In this document: piece after piece, positions 21,601-31,943 of the stretch
How positions within the stretch are numbered: position 1 is the stretch's first letter
Layout: every line of letters starts with the position of its first letter
Source: Rebecca billardiae RCC1528
Lineage: Eukaryota > Protista > Haptophyta
Reading direction: 5' to 3'
Assembly (NCBI GenBank): GCA_965240325.2
Contig: OZ251243.1
Coordinates: 186,001 to 250,000 of the forward strand
DNA: 64,000 nt
The notes under the pieces: generated by a model
The model's input: the letters and a program-made list of their open reading frames with translations, nothing else
Told to the model about the DNA's origin: nothing
Databases searched by the model: none
Program-made: the position numbers and the translations under genes

Positions 21601-24600
21601 CGGCGGCGGGCTCGGCGGCGGGCTCGGCGGCGGCGAGGGCGGTGGCGACGGCGGCGGGCTCGGTGGAGGGGAGGGCGGCGGCGAGGGCGGCGGGCTCGGC
21701 GGTGGCGGGCTGGGCGGCGGCGAGGGCGGCGGCGAGGGCGGCGGCGAGGGCGGCGGCGAGGGCGGCGGTGATGGCGGCGGGCTCGGCGGCGGGCTCGGCG
21801 GCGGCGTAGGCGGTGGACTGGGTGGCGGGCTGGGTGGTGGCGAGGGCGGCGGGCTCGGCGGCGGCGGGCTCGGGGGCGGCGAGGGCGGCGGGGACGGAGG
21901 AGGTGAGGGCGGCGGCGAGGGCGGCGGCGAGGGCGGCGGCGACGGCGGCGGCGATGGTGGTGGGCTCGGCGGCGGCGGGCTCGGCGGCGGCGACGGCGGC
22001 GGGCTCGGCGGCGGGCTCGGCGGTGGCGAGGGCGGCGGCGAGGGCGGCGGCGAGGGCGGCGGCGAGGGTGGCGGTGATGGCGGTGGCGAGGGCGGCGGCG
22101 AGGGCGGTGGTGAGGGCGGCGGGCTCGGCGGCGGCGACGGCGGTGGCGATGGCGGCGGCGACGGTGGCGGCGAGGGCGGGGGCGGGCTCGGCGGTGGGCT
22201 CGGCGGAGGGCTCGGCGGAGGGGACGGCGGCGGCGACGGCGGCGGGCTTGGCGGCGGTGAAGGCGGTGGCGAGGGCGGTGGGCTCGGTGGAGGCGGACTT
22301 GGCGGTGGCGAGGGCGGCGGCGAGGGCGGCGGCAACGGCGGCGGCGAGGGCGGCGGCGAGGGCGGCGGCGAGGGCGGCGGCGAGGGTGGCGGGCTGGGTG
22401 GGGGTGACGGCGGCGGGCTGGGTGGCGGCGACGGCGGCGGGCTCGGCGGTGGCGGGCTTGGCGGCGGCGAGGGCGGCGGCGAGGGCGGCGGCGAGGGCGG
22501 CGGCGACGGCGGCGGGCTCGGCGGTGGCGAGGGTGGCGGCGACGGCGGTGGGGACGGCGGCGGCGGGCTTGGTGGCGGGCTTGGAGGCGGACTTGGCGGC
22601 GGCGACGGTGGCGGGCTGGGCGGCGGGCTCGGCGGCGGCGAGGGCGGCGGCGACGGAGGCGGCGAGGGTGGCGGAGATGGCGGCGGGCTCGGAGGCGGGC
22701 TTGGCGGTGGCGAAGGCGGTGGACTAGGCGGCGGCGACGGTGGCGGCGAGGGCGGTGGCGGGCTCGGCGGAGGGCTCGGCGGCGGGCTCGGCGGTGGGCT
22801 TGGGGGTGGCGAAGGCGGTGGCGAGGGTGGAGGCGACGGCGGCGGCGAGGGTGGCGGGCTGGGCGGCGGCGACGGCGGCGGGCTGGGTGGCGGCGACGGC
22901 GGCGGGCTCGGCGGTGGCGGGCTTGGCGGCGGCGAAGGCGGCGGCGAGGGCGGCGGCGACGGCGGCGGCGACGGCGGCGGGCTCGGCGGTGGCGAGGGTG
23001 GCGGCGACGGCGGTGGGGACGGCGGCGGCGGGCTTGGTGGCGGGCTTGGAGGCGGACTTGGCGGCGGCGACGGTGGCGGGCTCGGCGGCGGGCTCGGCGG
23101 CGGGCTCGGCGGAGGCGAGGGCGGCGGCGAGGGCGGCGGCGAGGGTGGCGGGCTCGGCGGCGGGCCTGGCGGTGGCGAAGGCGGTGGGCTGGGCGGCGGC
23201 GACGGTGGCGGCGAGGGCGGCGGGCTCGGCGGCGGTGGGCTCGGCGGCGGCGACGGCGGCGGCGACGGTGGCGGTGAGGGCGGCGGCGACGGCGGCGGCG
23301 ACGGCGGTGGCGACGGTGGCGGCGATGGCGGTGGGCTCGGCGGCGGTGGGCTCGGCGGCGGCGACGGCGGCGGCGACGGTGGCGGCGATGGCGGCGGCGA
23401 CGGTGGCGGCGACGGTGGCGGCGATGGCGGCGGCGACGGTGGCGGCGACGGTGGCGGTGACGGTGGCGGCGACGGCGGCGGCGACGGTGGCGGCGGGCTC
23501 GGCGGCGGGCTCGGCGGTGGGCTCGGCGGCGGGCTTGGGGGTGGCGAAGGCGGCGGCGAGGGTGGAGGCGACGGCGGCGGCGAGGGTGGCGGGCTGGGTG
23601 GCGGCGACGGCGGCGGGCTGGGTGGCGGCGACGGCGGCGGGCTCGGCGGTGGCGGGCTTGGCGGCGGCGAGGGCGGCGGCGAGGGCGGCGGCGACGGCGG
23701 CGGCGAGGGCGGCGGGCTCGGCGGTGGCGAGGGTGGCGGCGACGGCGGTGGGGACGGCGGCGGCGGGCTTGGTGGCGGGCTTGGAGGCGGGCTTGGCGGC
23801 GGCGACGGTGGCGGACTCGGCGGCGGGCTCGGCGGCGGCGAGGGCGGCGGCGAGGGCGGCGGCGAGGGCGGCGGTGATGGCGGCGGGCTCGGCGGCGGGC
23901 TCGGCGGTGGCGAAGGCGGTGGGCTGGGCGGCGGCGACGGTGGCGGCGAGGGCGGCGGGCTCGGCGGCGGTGGGCTCGGCGGCGGCGACGGCGGCGGCGA
24001 CGGTGGCGGCGAGGGCGGCGGCGACGGCGGTGGCGAGGGCGGTGGCGACGGTGGCGGGGATGGCGGTGGGCTCGGCGGCGGTGGGCTCGGCGGCGGCGAT
24101 GGCGGCGGCGACGGTGGTGGTGAGGGCGGCGGCGACGGTGGCGGCGAGGGCGGCGGCGACGGTGGCGGCGAGGGCGGCGGCGAGGGCGGTGGCGATGGCG
24201 GCGGCGACGGTGGCGGCGAGGGCGGCGGCGAAGGCGGTGGCGATGGCGGTGGCGGGCTCGGCGGAGGGCTCGGCGGCGGGCTCGGCGGCGGCGGATTCGG
24301 CAGCCCAATCTCTGGCAGTGCGTCGCCCATCGTTGCGGTGTTCTTGCCCCGGTCCGAGGTGTCGCCCGTACCAAGCATCCCCCTGTCACCCTTGCCGAAG
24401 CTGTCGGGGAGGAGGGCGCGCGCGCGCGCGGAGGGCGCCAGCCAGCCGGTGTGGGGAGCGGCCGCGCACGCGGCAGGGCCACGCGCCGGGTGAGCGCGCG
24501 CGCTTGGCGCAGGGCGGCGCCGTGCGCTGCCGGCGCGGCGCGGCGCGAGCCCTCCAGTCCGCAGCCAGCGCGCAGTGCTCGCGGAGGCGCCTCGGTGCCC

Positions 24601-26533
24601 CGCCCGCCTGCACCCGGGGCGGGCGCAGCAGCGCCCGCGCGCGCCGCCGCCGCCGCCGCGCGGCAGGGCGGGCCACGGCGCGCGCGCCCCGCCCGTCCCG
24701 TGCGCGCACCACTTGAGGTTCCCGTCGTCCAGCGCCGTGCACGTGAATTCGAGCCCGACGCTCACGCGCTCGACGGTCCGGCCCGTGCCGAGCAGGACCG
24801 CCGGCAGGAAGTCGCCGAGCTCGTCATTGTCGTCGCCGCGGTCCTGGCTGTCGCCTGTGCCGATCTCGCCGCTTGCCGCCTCGCCCCAGCTGCGGGGCGC
24901 AGCGGCGGCGGGGGCAGCGGCGGCGGGGGCAGCGGCGGGAGCGGCGGCCATGGCGGAGCGCGCGCGCACGGGCGGTCGGGCGGTGGGCGGGCGGCGCTCG
25001 GCGGCGCTCGACGGCGCGCCGCGCCGCAAGTCCGTCCGCGCGGCAGCACGCACCACTTGAGCGCGCCGTTGCTGAGCACGGCGCAGTTGTGCAGCGGGCC
25101 CGAGACGTGCTTCGTCACGTTCAGCCCGGCGCCCAGGTGGAAGACGGGTGCGAGGGCGGGGTCGTCCTCGTCGCTGTTGTCGGACGAGCCGAGCTTGCCC
25201 GATTCGCCCCTGCCCCAGCACTTGAGCCCGCCCGCGCTCAGCCGCGCGCACGTGTGCTCGAGGCCGCACGCCACGTCCGCCACGCCCGCCGCGGCCGTGA
25301 GCGCGAACGGAAGCAGGTCGCCCATGTCGCCGGTATCCTTGCCGTAGTCAGACTTGTCGCCCGTGCCGAGCTGCCCGAACTCGTTCAGGCCCCAGCTGTG
25401 TGTGCGCAGGGGCAGCGGAGGGCGCGCGCGCGCGTTGAGCGGCGGCGCGACGCGCGCGCCGGCCAGCCAGCACGCCAAGCCGCCGAGCGGCCGGTGTGGC
25501 GTGGGCCGCGCGCCGCCGCCGCGCGGCCGCGGGGCGCGCGGCCGCGGGGCGCGCGGCCGCGGGGCGTTTGGGCGCGCGCACCACTTGAGGCTGCCGTCGG
25601 TGAAGACGGCGCATGAGTGGGAGCCGAGGTGCGCGTCGAGCGCGCTGGGCACGAGGCCGGTGCCGAGGCTGATGTGCCCCGTGGGCGTGAGCATGTTCGA
25701 GTTCTGCTCGTTCCCGCACTGCCCCTTGTCACACTTGCCCCAGCACTGGATGCCAGCCGTGCCATTGATCGTGCTCAGAACGCACGTGTGCACTAGCCCG
25801 CACGCGACGGAGACGGGGGTGGAGCCGGCCCCCAGGGCGACCGCGGGCAGCGTGTTGCCCATCGCGCGCCCCGAGCCGTCGCCCGCGTTCGTCTTGTCGC
25901 CCGTGCCCAGCTGGCCTTCGTTGTTCTTGCCCCAGCTGTTGGGCACCGCCGAGCGCGGCGCGCGCGGCGGCCGCAGGCGGCAGAGGCGGCGGTGGCGCGG
26001 GCGCGTGAGCGCGCGCTCGGCGCGGCGCGGCGCGCGCGAGGCGTCGCGCGGGCGCGCGCTCGGCCACGCACGGCCGCCGCCACGCGCGCACGCCGCGCCC
26101 GCACCATCTGACCGTCGCGTCCGAGAGCACCGCGCACGTGTGCTGAGTGCCTGCGCCTAGGCCGGTCACCGTGGTGCCGTCCGGCATGGCCAGGTACGGC
26201 AGGGCGAGGCCGAGCTCACCCGAGTTGTCGCCGATGTCGTCAACTGCATCATACCCGAGCTGTCCGGCCGAGCCGCGGCCGAAGCTGCTCGGCGCGTCGA
26301 GGGTCGCGCGCACGCCGCAGGTGAGGGCGGCGCCGCCGAGCCGGGCGCGCGGCTGGCAGCGCGTGCGCGGCGCACCATTTGACGGCGCCGTTGCCGTAGA
26401 GCACGCAGGTATGCTGTGAGCCCGACACAAGGCCCTCGATCGTGCCCGCGCTGCACGCGCCCAGCAGTGCACCCGGGTGCAGCGCCGGCGCGACGAGCGC
26501 CAAGAGGCCCGCGCCAAGCGCGAGCAGCCCCAT
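5032..26533 (-). CDS. Giant polycystin-1-like / GPS-domain cell-surface receptor (~6,860 aa): signal peptide, 7 RCC1-like repeats, ~3,800-aa Ser-Pro stalk, IPT/TIG, REJ-like, GPS, TM helices, EF-hand pair
   Basis: Inferred exons: 26376-26533, 26105-26284, 25582-25935, 25054-25395, 24710-24889, 5032-24400 (20,583 nt, in frame). All five introns are GT-AG. Signal peptide MGLLALGAGLLALVAPA. RCC1-like motifs HTC...KC(W/F)G...GQLG. TIG-like GGTVVTLSGAGF and LRVALNGQQF. REJ-like NRPPFGG and DLPLRYAF. GPS CRYWD...WRADGC...CACTHLTEFA. EF-hand LDASGDWRVDEAEL. Confidence 0.8.
12850..24295 (-). repeat. Extensin/HRGP-like Pro-rich coding repeat (SPPP, SPPPP and mixed Pro units), ~11.4 kb
   Basis: Uninterrupted 12-15-bp codon repeats encoding (SPPP)n from ~24295 to ~16100, then mixed Pro-rich units down to ~12850. 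No stop codon in the Pro frame. Confidence 0.95.
13156..15860 (-). repeat. 681-bp (227-aa) near-identical tandem repeat, ~4 copies, inside the Pro-rich stalk
   Basis: The marker cgggaacggctcagcacgc recurs at 13201, 13882, 14563 and 15244 (period 681). Each unit encodes RAEPF, RSEPL and RTEPF motifs. Confidence 0.9.
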
Positions 26534-26659
26534 ATCGTCGTCGGTTGCGGCAGTGCATACTCATTCTATCCCCATACTGGTACAGTTTATTAAGACGCGG
26601 GCTCTCGCGGGTATTAGGGGCACCAGCCGTGATGAATAATATTGCGTCAGTTTCAGGGT

Positions 26660-29600
26660 ATGACAAGGCCATGAGGCAAGTTGTACATATCTGCTTGAGG
26701 TCGGCGAGCCACACCGCGATCTCGCGCTGGCTCAGCTGCCACAGCGCGTACAGGGTGGGGACACTGGCCTGGCCTGGCGGGGCAGTGCCCCCACCCGGCA
26801 GGGGCACCCCCATGTTTCGCTGTGCCATGGGATGAGCGGCGCGCGCTCCCCATATGTGCTCATGGGCACGGACTGCCCTCCTGCTGTTCGGCATGGCCAG
26901 CGAGCGGATCATCTTCCCCCTCTGTGCGGCTGTGGTGAGGCCTTCGAGGCACTCCGTGCGCCGGTGGGCCCTGCGCAGCTGCAGGATGCGAGTGACGGTG
27001 GCCACCATTCCCCTATACACTCTGTGCATGGTCAGGTGGGACTGTGCCCGGGGGTCCACTGCCCGGTTCTGGGGCCCGCCCACTGGGCGCAGCGGCTCTT
27101 TGGGGGCCTGTGCTGGGTCAGCAGCCCCCACTCCGTCCACAGCGAGGCTGGTAAGCTCTGCGAGCGTGTCAGGGAGGGCCTCCTCTGCCGCTGTGCGTGC
27201 TGCAGCGTCCATGTGCTCGTGGAAGTCAATGAGGTTGTTGTCATTGTACAGAGGGTGCATGGTGCCACTGTCATCCGCTATTCTGGCCAGGGTTTGAGCA
27301 GCGGGGCCGCGGAGGGCCTGTACCACCTTGGCCCTATGCTGTGGGTCCGATGCGCTGAAGTAAAACCGGTGGGGCTGCCAACGCACGTGCACTTTCGGCC
27401 GTCGTATGTGGCCTAGCTTGCTGACAGGTATGTCGGCGATCATGAAGAAATGGGTGCTCCTACCCTCGCCGGTGGTCTGGAGGGGGATGCCGAGCGCTGC
27501 AGCAGGGTCACTGTGCCTGACGTGGCAGGCCAGGTCAGCTCTGTTCGAGAGCATGTACGAGATGCGTGAGGCGGTATTGCCACACACGTGGGTGTACTCA
27601 GTAGCAGGGTCAAAGGTGCCTGGCGGCTTCATGTTGTGCATGCCAGTCAATGACTCCATCAGATTCCGGAAAGCGCACTGCGACTTGTTCTGATGCCTCC
27701 TGCGAGGGTCCAGGGCCACAGCCTCCCCCTGCTCCCAGACGGCGTTTGCATCGCCTGCTGCCATCCGTAGGGCATCTGTGCGCCCAGTGACCATGTCCGA
27801 ATGCATTTCCAGGGTGTGGTGCAGGGCAGGGAGCACCGCGCTGCGCATGGCTGGGTTGCATGGGATATAGAAGCATGTGAGTTGGATGTGGTAGACATCC
27901 CCTGCTGCCGTGGCGAATATCAGGGTGCCCATCAGGAGGTGGCCTGCCACTGACTTGTGCATGGCACCCCCCTGCACTCTGATGTCCAGCTCAGCCATGG
28001 GCCTTGCAGGGTCCCTGCGGACAGCAATGGCTACCCCTTTGCCCGAGCTCTTATGGTGAGCAGGGAGGGGGTCGTGGTATGTGGTGTACCCCTGTAGAAT
28101 GTCTGGTGTGGCCAGGGCCTGCCGCAGGTTTGTCTCCTGTAGCATTACTATGTCCCACTGGTGGTCGTCCAGCAGGGTCTGGAGCATGGCCCTCCTGGAT
28201 AGCTTGGCAATGCCCCCCACGTTGACGGACGCAATGGAGAGGCGCTGCCTGCCTGCACCAGGGCCTGGGTTCTTGGCCTCGCCTTGGCGCTGGCCATCGT
28301 CAGGGTCGCCGACACGCTGGTTGGACGTTGCATCCTCTGCTCGGGTAGGTTCGCAGCACTGAGGCCCAGCCCTGCCTGCTGCCCCTCCACTATGCCCTGC
28401 TGTGTCATGGCAGTGCTTCACACGCAGGTGCCACTTGTGCTTGGGGGGGACATGCATGAGCATGGTAATCAGAAACAAGACAGCCTGCTTATGTGGCGCT
28501 TGCTGACGCCTGCGCCTGGCCGAGGCAGCACCTCTGCAGGCACGCTGCCCGGCAGCTGTCCTGCCATTGCACTGCCCCTGTTGGCGGCAGTGGTGCCACT
28601 GGGGCGCCCTGCCCCACTGCCACTGGGGCTGGGGCAAGGCCAAGCACCTGCGCCTGCGAGTGCGCTTACATGCTCTGCTCCTGGGCAGGCCGACCCATGT
28701 TGTGCCATGCACCAGCATCAGCTCGCGCGGGTGGGCTCTGCGTGCCTGTCGCCAACCTGGGCAGGGAGACTCACCCCGTGCACGCCGGGCCACCTCCGAC
28801 CAGTAGTTGCGGCAGGCTGGCACTGTCGCTGCCTCATCCCGACCGCGCGCAGTGCCAGTGCTGCGCGGCACGGCAGACTGCTTCATGTCACAGCAAACAT
28901 CATCACAGACGACCGCTGCTGTGGCGGGGGGCAGAGTGAGGCGACTGCGTAGTGCCAAGCACCTCAGCCATTATTCCTGCTGAGAGCACGGCCAGTGCTG
29001 GCTGTGCTCGCACGACGACGGTGACGAACGTCGGCCACACTGGGGGGGGCAGGGAGGCCAGGCCCAGCTCAGTCAAGCAGCCAGCAGCCGGCATCCGTGT
29101 GATCTGCATCAACACCAGCAGTGCTGCCACCACAGCGTGGGCCAGCCATACGATCCGGGCAGCGTGGTCGAAAGCGACGGGGCGAGACGAAGTGCCCACC
29201 TCGGCATTTACCTTCTCCGCCGCCTGGTCGCCAGCGAGCACGGTGGCCGTGGAGGCCATGTCGTGCGGCAGCATGCGGCCCGTGTCCTCGGCCATCGCCG
29301 CTGCCGCCCTTCGCATCCTGTCATCGGGGAGAGTAGCGACGGCGTTGCCTTTGGCGCAGTGCACGTGCGCGTTCGGCAAGCCCGGCTCGGCCGATGCCTG
29401 CGCCCCCGCGCCAGGCGTCTTGGCCCGAGCACCAGCACCGGCCCGCTGCGCGCGCGCGCCGCGGCGCCGTTTACCCAGCAACGGAGTATGCTGTGGCGGG
29501 TCTGTCTGAGGTGTGGCATCATCGTCCGCACTCTCATCAGTCGCGAGGCAATGGTATCTCCCTCCGGTACTCATACTTGAAGGCGCATTCATCACAGCAA

Positions 29601-30520
29601 TTACTTGCCGGGCCATACCCGCGGCGCCAGGCGGCGCCACAGGTGCTTCGTCATGGGCTCCCCACGAGGCGTGATAGTCATCACCCTGGGGCGCTGCTTT
29701 ACCCACCTTAGGTATCGTTGCACGCTGGCGTTGCCCTCGCCGTCGGGACGAATGTCGGGCTTTCACCAGCCTCCAACCGTCATTTTCGTCGCCTGGCCAG
29801 CTCTCTGAGCACCGAGGATGAGTCTAGCCCGGCCGGTGTCAGCAGGGCTGCGAAAGGCTCCGCAGGCAGCCGGCCAGGCTGGGCACGGCGGGACCGAGGG
29901 CCCGTCCTGAACTAGCGCCACTGTCTGCCCCCGGGCATCGCCTACGACGTAGCCTGTGCACGGCAGCTCATCAGCCAGTGTCTGCTTGCTCGCTGGCAGC
30001 AAGCAGCGGTCATCCAGGCCATATCCACGGTGCGGGTGTCGCAGTAGTAGCTGCGCTGTCCCAGCCCCAGGGGCATGGCAGTCGGGTGTCACACCTAGTA
30101 AGCCGGTGGGGGCTGCACGTTTTAGGCCTGTGTGGGCCGAGGTGGTTTTGCCCCATCGGGCGGTGTTGTGGGCACGCAGGCTCAGCAGGCTGAGCCTGCA
30201 CCCGGAGGACTCGGCGAGCGCGCTGGCGATGGGCCTGGCCGAGGATGTCCGGCTGGCTGTCACTTGCGCCGCCTGCACGTTGGAGCGCGGCAGCACGTTG
30301 GAGGGAGCATGTTGAGGGTCAGACCGTACGCCGTGGCGCCGCTGACCTTGCCCCGTGCCGTCCGTGGGCGGTGGGATCTTGTCAATGTCGAGGTCGTCGA
30401 ATCGCGTCGGCCGCGTGCGCATTGGCGATGCACTCTGCGCGGTGGCAAGCGAGGCTGGTGGAGCGCTCGGCTCGGGGAGGAGAACGGATGGGCAGGCAGG
30501 GCCTCCCCACTCCGTCATGC
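26660..30520 (-). mobile_element. Degenerate non-LTR retrotransposon (LINE-like) fragment with an APE/EEP endonuclease domain and no reverse transcriptase
   Basis: ORF 26166..28958 carries SIASVNVGG, DIVMLQET, GVAIAVR, CFYIP, GDANA, SRISY and STH at ~27430-28245. Composition is visibly less CpG-rich than the flanking genes. Upstream ORFs are broken. Boundaries are approximate. Confidence 0.7.
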
Positions 30521-30548
30521 GCGCCCGCGCAGGTTGTGGGGGTCGTGC

Positions 30549-31943
30549 CTACGCACGCGGCGCCGCCGCCTCGCGCCCTCGGGGGCGAAGCGTGGCCATC
30601 ATGGAACGTAACGACAGTACAGTCAAGGGAGGTCTACTCGCGCCAGCGGCGGTGCCGCGGATGCGCCAGAGCGGGCGTGCGCGCCGTTGGATGGCGCGCG
30701 CGGCCCGCTGGCGTCGTAGCCGCGCGTGAGCGACGGCAAACGCCACGTCTCGCCAGCCCGATTCCGCCTTCGAGGCGCGAGCGACAGCGGAGAGCGCTCG
30801 CAGCTCAGCCGCGGCTGGTGCCTCGAGCAGATGCAGTGGCGGCGCGCGGCTGTGTCGGAGCAGCCAAGCGCGCGCGATGGTCGTCATCGCCACGTCGAGC
30901 AGCGCGACGTCGTCGGTGGAGACGAGCGTGCGAGCGTCGGGCACGCGCAACGCCGAGCACGCGGCGCGCACGCTCGCGACCCACGCCTCGCGTCGTGCGC
31001 CCTCTGCCCCACCACCGTCCGCGAGCTCCACTGCTGCGCGCACACCGTCGAGCGCGCGGCGCTGCTCGGCGATCGCCTTGCGCATGATAGAAGCCTTGTT
31101 GAGGTTGGCTTGGCGCGGTGCGGCCGGACGCTCGCCCGCGCGTGCGCCGGGCGAGGCGCGTGACGGCCGGCTCCGAGATTTGGACCTGCTGCGGCCTCGC
31201 CGCCTGCGCGTGCGCTCCCGGCCGCCGCCACCAAAGATGCGCTGGCGCCCTTGCGCGAACACATGCCGGCCAGCTCCGCTTCGGCGGGCGCGTGCGCGCA
31301 CGCGCTCACGTGCGCGCTGCGCTTGTGCCGCGCGCGCGCGTCGCCTCGCCAGGCGCGCCTCCGTGGCCAGCGCCCGATCGCGTGTGCGCGCGTCCGTGAG
31401 CGCGTGTTGCTGCTCGGCAACGGCACGCCGGCGTGCCACGTCCAGCGCGCGTTGCGCGCGTGCGAGAACGTGATGCATGTGCGCGGGCACGGCGCGTGTG
31501 ACGCGCTCGAGCACAGCAATCTGGGTGCCCGTCTCGTCGGAGGCGTCGACACCCGGCAAATCGAGCCCGCGCGTCGCGCGCGGCTGTCGCCTAGCGGGCA
31601 CCGGGCGGGGACGGCCCTGCGCCTCGCGCAGCGCGCGCCAGACGCACGCACGAGCGTCGGGCATGTGCGCGGGCGTGCGGCGCAGCGCGCGTGTGAACAT
31701 GGCGATGTGCGTCTCCGTCGCGTCGAGGGGGTCGACGCCCGCCATGTGCAGCCCGCGCGTCGCGAGCGGCTCCGTCGGCATCCCGGCCGATTCACGCCGG
31801 ACCACGCCACGTGCGAACGGAATTGCACGCTGGACCTCCTCTCGTGGGCCGTGCATCCACTCTGGGACGCAGGCCGACGTACGGCAAAGAGCTTCGAGGA
31901 CAAGCGCGGCCGGGCTCGGCGGCTTCGGCGGTTTTTCGGCCAT
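30549..31943 (-). CDS. Hypothetical protein with a duplicated ~35-aa motif; host gene or ORF1 of the adjacent retroelement
   Basis: ATG at 31943 (MAEKPPKP). Repeats ATRGLHMAGVDPLDATETHIAMFTRALRRTPAHM and ATRGLDLPGVDASDETGTQIAVLERVTRAVPAHM lie 186 nt apart. A predicted coiled-coil follows. Confidence 0.4.
   Translation of the reverse strand: MAEKPPKPPSPAALVLEALCRTSACVPEWMHGPREEVQRAIPFARGVVRRESAGMPTEPLATRGLHMAGVDPLDATETHIAMFTRALRRTPAHMPDARACVWRALREAQGRPRPVPARRQPRATRGLDLPGVDASDETGTQIAVLERVTRAVPAHMHHVLARAQRALDVARRRAVAEQQHALTDARTRDRALATEARLARRRARAAQAQRARERVRARARRSGAGRHVFAQGRQRIFGGGGRERTRRRRGRSRSKSRSRPSRASPGARAGERPAAPRQANLNKASIMRKAIAEQRRALDGVRAAVELADGGGAEGARREAWVASVRAACSALRVPDARTLVSTDDVALLDVAMTTIARAWLLRHSRAPPLHLLEAPAAAELRALSAVARASKAESGWRDVAFAVAHARLRRQRAARAIQRRARPLWRIRGTAAGASRPPLTVLSLRSMMATLRPRGREAAAPRA

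Noticed and set aside
12290-24716. Long Gly-, Ala- and Arg-rich ORFs (e.g. 12290..16030 +, 12543..24482 -, 21281..24493 +)
   Set aside because: Shadow frames of the stop-poor Ser-Pro repeat. Only the Pro frame is continuous with recognisable domains.
5032-25269. The 6,745-aa ORF as called, starting at 25269
   Set aside because: Its N-terminus reads through introns and an out-of-frame exon. The spliced model from ATG 26533 gives a signal peptide and clean RCC1-like repeats.
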